DNA of 64,000 nt from a virus. The position numbers and the translations under genes are program-made. The stretch covers positions 32,001 to 96,000 of the IMG/VR virus record IMGVR_UViG_3300020424_000002; one strand, given 5' to 3'. This document shows, one piece after another, positions 57,058 to 64,000 of this stretch. The notes beneath the pieces are model-generated. The model ran no database searches, was not told the origin of the DNA, and saw only the letters and a program-made list of their open reading frames with translations. Each line of letters opens with the position of its first letter. Within the stretch, counting starts at the first letter, position 1.

Positions 57058-58269
57058 TTATTTGTCCCAGTCTTTTTGTACTGTAAAGTTATTTAGTGAG
57101 AACTCCATTCGGTCTACTAACTTCACTGCACCACCAAGATTATTGTCAATTGCAACAAAACCCTCTGGTGCAACGACATCAAAACCATTATCTTTTTTTA
57201 CAAACAATTGTGTTAATTGTTTTGCTTTATTTACTTTAGTAAGTATCTTAATCTTTGCATAGTTTATCAATGCTTGAAACTCTACTAAAGTTTTAAGTAA
57301 TGTTAAATGTTTTCTAATTTGTGTAAGATGTATGTTTTTGTTTTTCTCTGCTGTCTTTTTTGCAGATGTAACTTTGAGTTTATCTATTTGTGCATCAAAC
57401 TTTTCCTCTACAAATTTAAAATAACCATCTGCATGATTCTTATAGTTTAATCGTAAAAAGTTTGTTCCTTCTCTTACTTTACTATTGTGATATGTTTTGT
57501 AACTCATGCCTGGCTTCATCTCTGATTGATGTTTTAAGAATGAATCTAGTGATGGTTTTCTTATCTTCTGAAAAACCTTACCTGTTCTGGACATCAATCT
57601 GGTTATTTCTGCACTGTCTTTTTGCGTAAAGGTTGCAGTTCCAGATACATCATTGTAGGATGCATCATCCATCCAGACCTTACTTGTTTTTTTAAGACCA
57701 GATATGTTTGCACCAAATGATGCAGTTAAATCTGATAATGAATCTCCTGTATAAGTTGTATGAAATACAATACCCACATTTGCTCTTCTCATAGTAGATG
57801 CAAGTTTAGATGTAGAAGGTACTGCATACATGATTGTATTTGGTTGAAAGGTTTCATACGATTCACCATTGATATCTTTCTTTTCTAGGTCACCTTTTGT
57901 AAACATCAAGTCACCTTGAAGTATATCTTTAATACCGATATCTTTCAGATTGTTATAACATGCTTTGAATTTTTCTGCAAGTTGTCCAGATAAATCTGCA
58001 TTTATCTCTGCAATTGATGTGTAGTATTTTGGTGTTTTGTTAAATAAACTTTTCTTTGCAACAAAGAATTTACCTGTCTCTGGGTCATTACCACAAAAGA
58101 TAGCAGGAGCTCCATCCCATTTTACAGTGACATTAACACTTCTCTTACTTCCAGACATCAACATGTCACGAAGTGACCTTATAAAGTTTATAGATGCACG
58201 ACCACCATCAATACCATTATTGAATATTTCGTCTTCTATATGTTCTAAATGTACATTAGGACTTGGCAT
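57058..58269 (-). CDS. Conserved T4-like protein of unknown function
   Basis: HLEHIED, VKWDGAPA, QGD.MF, FQPNT..Y, PEGFVA, KLVDR.EFS..NF; KxDG suggests a ligase-like nucleotidyltransferase fold. Confidence 0.7.
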   Translation of the reverse strand: MPSPNVHLEHIEDEIFNNGIDGGRASINFIRSLRDMLMSGSKRSVNVTVKWDGAPAIFCGNDPETGKFFVAKKSLFNKTPKYYTSIAEINADLSGQLAEKFKACYNNLKDIGIKDILQGDLMFTKGDLEKKDINGESYETFQPNTIMYAVPSTSKLASTMRRANVGIVFHTTYTGDSLSDLTASFGANISGLKKTSKVWMDDASYNDVSGTATFTQKDSAEITRLMSRTGKVFQKIRKPSLDSFLKHQSEMKPGMSYKTYHNSKVREGTNFLRLNYKNHADGYFKFVEEKFDAQIDKLKVTSAKKTAEKNKNIHLTQIRKHLTLLKTLVEFQALINYAKIKILTKVNKAKQLTQLFVKKDNGFDVVAPEGFVAIDNNLGGAVKLVDRMEFSLNNFTVQKDWDK

Positions 58270-58588
58270 TTCTTTCCTTCGTTTTCTTTTTCATCTTGTT
58301 TATGTATGCACGATAGACAGCTGCCTGTGCATTCTTACCCATCTCTCTTGCTCTTTGTTCCATTGCAATTGCAGCTTGTATTTTATGTGCATGAGATTTA
58401 CCAGAATTTTTAATCTTAGTGACACTTGCTTTTGCATCATCAACTGTTGCAAATTTTAATCCATGAATAGTTCCTTTAGGATTTTCATCTGTATATAAAT
58501 CAGAATGTTTTTTAGAGTTTGCAGGCTGACCTTTCTTTCTAGGTATCCTAGGATTCTTTTGTTCTATAAATTGTTTGAAAGAAATCAT
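58256..58588 (-). CDS. Putative internal head protein
   Basis: MISFKQFIE; DLYTDENPKGTI.GL.F, MEQRA. Confidence 0.6.
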   Translation of the reverse strand: MISFKQFIEQKNPRIPRKKGQPANSKKHSDLYTDENPKGTIHGLKFATVDDAKASVTKIKNSGKSHAHKIQAAIAMEQRAREMGKNAQAAVYRAYINKMKKKTKERNAKS

Positions 58589-59310
58589 TTGTTTCTTACA
58601 TTTCCTATTGCATCTGTATATGCAAGTGTTAAAGGTAGTAAGTCTTTAATAGGTAAATCTATTTCTAATGCAGTTACTTGTATAGCTGGGTCAACCAATA
58701 CAGCAGATAAGAATCTGTGGTGACCATCTATAATTCTGTCATCTTTAGATACTACATAAAAATTATTCTTAGATGCAGAAAAATCTTTAGTCCCTTTTGC
58801 ACCAAACTTAGATACATTCTTAATTGACTTGTCAAAATATATTTGACTTTGAATAGGTTTTAGTTTTCCTACTGCAATCTTTTTAATTCTAACATTTACT
58901 TTGTCATCGTCTTTATCACCATCATTCTTTGCAAGACCACCACTTACCCATTTTTTTCCTGTCTCTTTGTCTAGTCCTTGAGGAAATGGGTCATCTGGAA
59001 CTTCGTTCTTTGCAAAGGGTCTTGCAATATCAATTGCACCTGCTTTTAATCTTCTTTGTAATAGTTTGATATCTCTGTTATCGATTACAGGCATATCTTT
59101 TCTTTGTGCAAATCCCATCCTTGCAAGTTTTTTTGCAAGTTTATAGTTTCTATCGAAGTTAGGAATCTCTTTATCTATATCAAATCCTTTCTTATCAAAA
59201 AGTTTTTTTGCATATTCATATGCTTTCTTCTCATCTGTTTTGATAAGTTCCATCTTACCAGCTTCTGCACCGCCTTTACCTTCTGCTATGTATCTTCTAA
59301 AACTTTTCAT
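58585..59310 (-). CDS. ParB/Srx-like domain protein with capsid-targeting-like N-terminus
   Basis: MKSFRRYIAE; R.DMPVI, LKP.Q..I, VS.D..IIDGHHR. Confidence 0.75.
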   Translation of the reverse strand: MKSFRRYIAEGKGGAEAGKMELIKTDEKKAYEYAKKLFDKKGFDIDKEIPNFDRNYKLAKKLARMGFAQRKDMPVIDNRDIKLLQRRLKAGAIDIARPFAKNEVPDDPFPQGLDKETGKKWVSGGLAKNDGDKDDDKVNVRIKKIAVGKLKPIQSQIYFDKSIKNVSKFGAKGTKDFSASKNNFYVVSKDDRIIDGHHRFLSAVLVDPAIQVTALEIDLPIKDLLPLTLAYTDAIGNVRNK

Positions 59311-59318
59311 ATCTTTTC

Positions 59319-61427
59319 CTATACTAATGGGAATGATTTTGCAGATGATGTTATTTTAACAGTTTGAACTTGTAATCCAAAAAAGTTTAACAATGCATTG
59401 AACATTCCTTTTCCTAAATTTTTAATTTTTTTAAATACTGCTTTAACTCTTTTCATAATTGCATTTAAAATTTTCTTTGCTTGATTCTTTATTGCAGAAC
59501 CCACATCTTTAACCTTTTGTACTAATCTACTAAACATTTGAAACTCATCTAATTGTTCTACTGCACCTTCATGTAAAAGTTGCATACCCATTCTTTCTTT
59601 TTGTAATTCTTCTTTTACAATTTGTTTAAAGTTTACTTTACCACTTCTCATGGAGAGATAAGGTTTAGAACCACCACCACCTGTTTTAAATGATACATAG
59701 AACTTGTTTGTTTGTGCAAGAACTTTTGCATCCGATGGTTTGTTCATAGGAAGATGTTTAGTAATTGTTCCATTATCTGCATTAAACTCTACCAATTCAT
59801 TTGCAACTGCAAGTGGTTCTGCAAATTTTCCTATTCCAGTTGCAGCTTCAAAGCAGAAGAATTGTTTGAAATCTAAACTTTCAAATAAAGAATCCATTTC
59901 AGCAGTTAGTTCTTTTGCAGTAAATTGTAAGTTTTCCATTTGTTCTATACTTTTCTTTTGTGCTGGTGTTAAAGGTTTACCACTATCTCTAAGTTTTTCT
60001 AATGCACCTATAGTTCCTTTTTCATTCATTTCACCCATTTTCTTTTCTAAACTATCAATAACACTCTTAACTTGTCTAGGTGAATTTTCTCCCATCATTG
60101 ACATTGCAGACTCAAATGTTGATATTGTTTCTTCTTTTTTACCAGACATTAACTGTGAACCACCAGCTTTCTTTAGAGATATTTTTCTTTTTCTTTTATT
60201 ACCAAGTAAATCTGTTTTAGGTGTTTTGTTTTTACCTTTCCATTTTGGATTTAATTTTGCAGTTGAACTTCCAAACTGTTCTAGTTCAGTTATTCCTAGT
60301 TTCTTTTTGAATGTTTTTCCAAGTTTAATTGCATCCTCTCCATAGTTTGCCCAAAACTTTTCTGCTCTGTCCCACTCTGCACCTTCTTGTTTATCATTGA
60401 CTGCAACTGCAATTAGAGCTTCCCAATCTTCTCCTGCTGGTGTTGGGTTTCCATCTGGTAATCTAGTAAAGTAAGAACCATAAGAACTTGAAGTACCAGC
60501 AAGTGTTATTGATTTACCATCTGGTGCTTTTAGTTGTTTTCTTGCATCACCTGTTCCTATATCTACTGGCAAATCTTTATCATCTTCAACTTCAAACACA
60601 TCACCAGACTTATATCCTAATGAATTTAATTTACCCCATTTACCATTGTATAAAAATTGAAATCCTGTTTTATACTTTCCTTGCATTATAGATGCTTCAT
60701 TTAAATCTGAAATACCTTCAAAGTGTAGTTTAGTTTCTTTTATACCAGACTTTTCTTTGTAGTGATTATAGAATGCACCAGCAAGTTGATGACCAAACTC
60801 TGTATCCGAAGGATAGTGAACTCCAGCAATCTGTCTAGAATTACCTATATCGTCACCTATTCTTTTGATGTTACCTTTATGTTCAAATGGTACTCTGTCT
60901 GCAAGATACAAACTTACAAACCTACCTTCGGTTGCATGTCCAGAAGGATATGCTGGTGTCTCTGCTGTTTTTAGTGGATAAACATTGAAGTTTGCTTGAC
61001 GAAAGAATGTAAGAACTTTCGACAGTTTTTGTGGTCTTGGTCTGTTGTAATGTATCTTAAGTTGTAGAACAATAGGTGCAAGTTGGTCTTTTAATTTTAT
61101 AACATCTTCCAAATCTTTCATTGGTAAATCATGTTCTTTGTAATAATTCTTAAATGGTTTCATCAACTTTTGGTCAACTAAGTCCATAAATTCTCTTGCA
61201 TCATTACGATAAACTTCGTAAGATTGTAATATTTTAAGTTCTTGTTTTGTTGCTACAGAAGAATTTTTGTAAGGATGATACTCTACCCACTGTTGAACTG
61301 GGAAATCTTTAAACACTCCTCTGTCTGCATTTAACTGTTTTTTTCTCTTGGGAGACATAGGCATGTTATGACCTAGATTGTCTACTGAGGAGTTGTCTTC
61401 TTTTAGGTGTTCGTAAAATGTTTGCAT
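59319..61427 (-). CDS. PAP2-family phosphatase fused to a PD-(D/E)XK-like domain
   Basis: K...NRPRP, AYPSGH, SR..AGVHYPSD; C-terminal E...KTDL...ISLKK; start MQTFYEHLKE 5 nt after late promoter. Confidence 0.75.
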   Translation of the reverse strand: MQTFYEHLKEDNSSVDNLGHNMPMSPKRKKQLNADRGVFKDFPVQQWVEYHPYKNSSVATKQELKILQSYEVYRNDAREFMDLVDQKLMKPFKNYYKEHDLPMKDLEDVIKLKDQLAPIVLQLKIHYNRPRPQKLSKVLTFFRQANFNVYPLKTAETPAYPSGHATEGRFVSLYLADRVPFEHKGNIKRIGDDIGNSRQIAGVHYPSDTEFGHQLAGAFYNHYKEKSGIKETKLHFEGISDLNEASIMQGKYKTGFQFLYNGKWGKLNSLGYKSGDVFEVEDDKDLPVDIGTGDARKQLKAPDGKSITLAGTSSSYGSYFTRLPDGNPTPAGEDWEALIAVAVNDKQEGAEWDRAEKFWANYGEDAIKLGKTFKKKLGITELEQFGSSTAKLNPKWKGKNKTPKTDLLGNKRKRKISLKKAGGSQLMSGKKEETISTFESAMSMMGENSPRQVKSVIDSLEKKMGEMNEKGTIGALEKLRDSGKPLTPAQKKSIEQMENLQFTAKELTAEMDSLFESLDFKQFFCFEAATGIGKFAEPLAVANELVEFNADNGTITKHLPMNKPSDAKVLAQTNKFYVSFKTGGGGSKPYLSMRSGKVNFKQIVKEELQKERMGMQLLHEGAVEQLDEFQMFSRLVQKVKDVGSAIKNQAKKILNAIMKRVKAVFKKIKNLGKGMFNALLNFFGLQVQTVKITSSAKSFPLV

Positions 61428-61445
61428 AATACTATTTATGCAAAT

Positions 61446-61475
61446 AAAAAAGGGAACAATGGCCATTGTTCCCTT
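61446..61475 (-). terminator. Rho-independent terminator
   Basis: Perfect palindrome AAGGGAACAATGGCCATTGTTCCCTT running into a U-tract on the minus strand. Confidence 0.8.
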
Positions 61476-61553
61476 AGTAGCAATTTACTCTGTTAGTTAT
61501 ATGTGAATGTTTTCCTAACTTGTTCCGAGCGGAAGGACGCCAATCGACTCTAT

Positions 61554-61700
61554 CTACTGCCCTACGATTTCACTGGACTCATTTCTTTGTTTTTCTTTTT
61601 CCCAATCTTCCCAATCATGTGGTGTTCCAGCATTAGGTCTGGAATTAGATTTTGCTCTTTCCCATGCTTGTTTTTCTAATGTTCTAGGAAAATCTTTCAT
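61554..61700 (-). CDS. 48-aa hypothetical protein (not in ORF track)
   Basis: MKDFPRTLEKQAWERA...PHDWEDWE; ATGA overlap with upstream stop. Confidence 0.55.
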   Translation of the reverse strand: MKDFPRTLEKQAWERAKSNSRPNAGTPHDWEDWEKEKQRNESSEIVGQ

Positions 61701-61954
61701 TTCTTTAATCTATGTTGTTTTAAAAGATTGTCGTATTCTTCAATTTGGTTTTGAAGTTTTATTTGTTTGTCTTCGTTTACTTTGAGTTTTCTTAAGTGTA
61801 TAAGTTCTTTCTTCAAAGTAACTTTTCTTTGAAGAATATCAACTGTTGCATTACTACTTAAAGTACCAAGTTTGTTCCCATTATCAGACATATTATAATT
61901 ATTCCTATCAAAATGTATCGATTTCTCCTTACTCTTTGACGATACTGTAACCAT
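61697..61954 (-). CDS. Hypothetical coiled-coil protein
   Basis: Packed ORF; start may be the internal MSDNG with SD AGGA. Confidence 0.55.
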   Translation of the reverse strand: MVTVSSKSKEKSIHFDRNNYNMSDNGNKLGTLSSNATVDILQRKVTLKKELIHLRKLKVNEDKQIKLQNQIEEYDNLLKQHRLKK

Positions 61955-62026
61955 GGTAAAAAATCTTCACCAATTTTTGGTATATAATCCTTAAACTCTG
62001 AGTTAGGAAATATATCCTTAAAGTAT

Positions 62027-62563
62027 TTATGCATTTTTAGATTCTCCTTTTACCAATTTTAATACGCTTCTCATTTTTTTAAGTTCTTCAATAGTGTGTT
62101 TTGCAGACTTATGTAAGATACCAATTCCACCAGCATTCTCCCATGCTTCTATGTTTTTTGGTCTGTCGTCAATTAAAACATTACCTTTTTGTGCAAAAAC
62201 AGCCTTTTGAGTACCACTATAAGTGCATGTAACTACAACATAAGGGTCTACATACTGTTTAATCCACTCGTTTTTATCATAAACTACAATGTTTCTATTG
62301 ATTGCACCAGCAGCTGTAAGTATTTCCCAAGGTAATCCAGTATGTTTTACATACCCAATCAACTCATGATAATCAACCATTGGTGGTAAATTTCTAAATA
62401 ATCTTTTGTTTGTTAGTTCTTCTTTTCTCTCATCATACTCAGAATGACCATAATCATCGGAAGTTAATGGTCTACCTAACATATCACTGACACCAGCAAG
62501 GAAATCAACAAGGACTCCATCCATGTCAATAAAAATTCTTTTTGGTGCTACTTTATTCTCCAT
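62027..62563 (-). CDS. HAD-family 5'(3')-deoxyribonucleotidase
   Basis: DMDGVLVDF, ILT, K..W, LIDDR..N...W...GG. Confidence 0.88.
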   Translation of the reverse strand: MENKVAPKRIFIDMDGVLVDFLAGVSDMLGRPLTSDDYGHSEYDERKEELTNKRLFRNLPPMVDYHELIGYVKHTGLPWEILTAAGAINRNIVVYDKNEWIKQYVDPYVVVTCTYSGTQKAVFAQKGNVLIDDRPKNIEAWENAGGIGILHKSAKHTIEELKKMRSVLKLVKGESKNA

Positions 62564-62762
62564 GTAATGCTCTCCAGTCTGCTGGAGTATATCCAGTCAT
62601 GATAAACTCCCTCTCATCATCATTAAGGTTAGGGAAGATATCTTGAATTAATCTCCTCTCTTCAGCAGGTGCATTCCACTCTGCAATTTGTTCTTGACTA
62701 ATGTCAAGATACATCTTGTTAACATTACCTGTTAGGGGACTAATTCTTGTTACTTCTACCAT
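62553..62762 (-). CDS. Conserved hypothetical protein
   Basis: R.S..TG, LIQ..FP.L...EREFI.TG. Confidence 0.65.
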   Translation of the reverse strand: MVEVTRISPLTGNVNKMYLDISQEQIAEWNAPAEERRLIQDIFPNLNDDEREFIMTGYTPADWRALHGE

Positions 62763-62785
62763 ATTTACTCCTTTACTATGTACAT

Positions 62786-62815
62786 AGTATACAATTTTAT
62801 GTACCTATGTGTCAA
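62786..62815 (-). promoter_or_regulatory. Sigma70-type promoter with GGTACA box
   Basis: TTGACA-N4-GGTACA-N8-TATACT. Confidence 0.85.
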
Positions 62816-62816
62816 A

Positions 62817-63164
62817 TTACCTTAAATAGTCTGGGCCGTATATTCTCATTGAGTTAGGGTCAATTCTATATCCATCAAAAAGGTTTCCTCTTGGTGCATT
62901 CAAAGCTGGTGTTTTCCATCCAGCAGATTTGAGAATATCACCTTCTCTAAAAGTGATTCCACTTGGTTTAGACCATTCCTTTTTGTTAATAAAACCCCAT
63001 ACTGAACGATGGTCACCATGTTCACAATTGATTATACGAATGTATTTTGGGCCAACTGAATAATCAAAAGATACTTTATCTCTACTGTGTTCCCATCTTT
63101 CATGCATTGCTTTTGTCAAACACTCACATAACCTTTCTACTTTTTCTTTTAACTCTGGACTCAT
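62817..63164 (-). CDS. Conserved hypothetical early protein
   Basis: G.KYI.I, SV.GFI, GDILK.A.W..PA.N..RGN. Confidence 0.7.
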   Translation of the reverse strand: MSPELKEKVERLCECLTKAMHERWEHSRDKVSFDYSVGPKYIRIINCEHGDHRSVWGFINKKEWSKPSGITFREGDILKSAGWKTPALNAPRGNLFDGYRIDPNSMRIYGPDYLR

Positions 63165-63469
63165 TATGCAATCTCCCTATCATATTCAAAACCTTCTTTC
63201 ATCCAATCGACTAAAGTACCTTTCATACTCCATGCATTGTAATCACCAGTACATTTAATTCCTATACCATATGAATCAAAAACTAACTTGTAGTATTTGT
63301 TTCCATCAATCATATCGTAACCATCTTTTCCACTTAACCAATATGCATCATATTGACCTTTAACTGGAACTAAATTTATATTACATTTTTTACGAAGAAA
63401 ATTTACAACTTTATCAACTGAAATTTTTCCTTCTTTACTTAATATTAGTTTTGCATTACCTAATTTCAT
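63164..63469 (-). CDS. Hypothetical early protein
   Basis: SD GAGG; directly after promoter. Confidence 0.6.
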   Translation of the reverse strand: MKLGNAKLILSKEGKISVDKVVNFLRKKCNINLVPVKGQYDAYWLSGKDGYDMIDGNKYYKLVFDSYGIGIKCTGDYNAWSMKGTLVDWMKEGFEYDREIA

Positions 63470-63493
63470 TTATACCTCACAATTTATACATAT

Positions 63494-63523
63494 ATTATAC
63501 TAAAATGTGTACCCTAGTGTAAA
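63494..63523 (-). promoter_or_regulatory. Sigma70-type promoter with GGTACA box
   Basis: TTTACA-N4-GGTACA-N8-TATAAT. Confidence 0.8.
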
Positions 63524-63735
63524 GGTCTTTCGTCACCATTTACAAAGATGGATACTAAGTCATAATTTCCAATGATGTCAATACCTATACGATATCTGAC
63601 ACTTTGACACATTAAATCCCAACTTGCATCAATATCAGATTTATCAAGTGCAAGTTGCATTTCTTTCGAATTGAGAGGGATGTTGATGAGACGAAAGTCT
63701 CCACCCCTTTGTTGTATTACTATCCCATTTTTCAT
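63514..63735 (-). CDS. Hypothetical early protein (leaderless; start corrected from 63771)
   Basis: ATG 6 nt after promoter -10. Confidence 0.6.
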   Translation of the reverse strand: MKNGIVIQQRGGDFRLINIPLNSKEMQLALDKSDIDASWDLMCQSVRYRIGIDIIGNYDLVSIFVNGDERPLH

Positions 63736-63741
63736 ACTTAT

Positions 63742-63771
63742 ATTATATGAAAAAATGTACCTATGTGTCAA
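63742..63771 (-). promoter_or_regulatory. Sigma70-type promoter with GGTACA box
   Basis: TTGACA-N4-GGTACA-N8-TATAAT. Confidence 0.85.
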
Positions 63772-64000
63772 TCCCAGTGTGGTGGTTGATTTTCAAAATC
63801 GTGATGAATATTACCAGCTATACAATATCTATCTGTTTTAACTGTTACTGGTTTTACTTGATGAAAACAGTATGCTGGAAAGACTACTAATTGTCCTGTA
63901 TGTGGTGGAATGCTAAGCATGGTTTTCCCCCATTGATGTGTTTTTTCTTGCACATGGTCTGCACACATAGATAAATCCATTTCTATACTACCATCTGGGA
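63768..64000 (-). CDS. 2OG-Fe(II) oxygenase-like protein, C-terminal part (5' end probably outside window)
   Basis: P..G.LVVFPA...H.V.P......R.CIAGN. Confidence 0.7.
   Translation of the reverse strand, partial: PDGSIEMDLSMCADHVQEKTHQWGKTMLSIPPHTGQLVVFPAYCFHQVKPVTVKTDRYCIAGNIHHDFENQPPHWD

Noticed and set aside
658-60974. Many opposite-strand or nested ORFs in the track (e.g. 5002-5331, 15671-16225, 17628-18206, 47387-47983, 59704-60345)
   Set aside because: Antisense shadows of recognisable genes, Ser/Phe/Leu-rich, with no RBS or family motifs
1-64000. Stop-codon recoding or selenoproteins
   Set aside because: Core genes are full length in code 11 and end in TAA, TAG and TGA; the glutaredoxin has plain CPYC

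Overview
64 kb of an AT-rich (roughly one-third GC by eye) T4-like myophage genome in the standard genetic code. 1-18.8 kb: baseplate/tail module (gp7-like partial, gp6, gp25, gp5, hub, gp53, gp48, gp4, gp2, gp54, gp26/gp51, tape measure) with panD inserted. 19-43 kb: replication/expression genes (gp32, gp59, gp33, exonuclease, RNase H, nrdA/nrdB/glutaredoxin, primase) mixed with host-like genes (bS21, IscU, alternative oxidase, cytochrome c, 2OG-Fe(II) oxygenases, thioesterase) and tRNA-Ala(UGC). 42.6-61.5 kb: spanins, ACP and a block of modular proteins with T4 capsid-targeting-like N-termini and prohead-protease-like sites. 61.5-64 kb: small early genes. The auxiliary genes suggest a heterotrophic, probably marine, proteobacterial host (inference). 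Strongest unexplained signals: (i) a -1 slippery site joining gp26 to a start-less gp51 frame just upstream of the tape measure gene (lambda G/GT-like); (ii) a putative capsid-packaged polyprotein cargo cluster; (iii) seven sigma70 promoters with an 18-bp spacer and invariant GGTACA box; (iv) widespread leaderless starts; (v) restriction-site avoidance with an exemption for sites overlapping GpC; (vi) three structured intergenic RNAs; (vii) a 4x 11-mer repeat. All family calls come from motif recognition; no database search was run.
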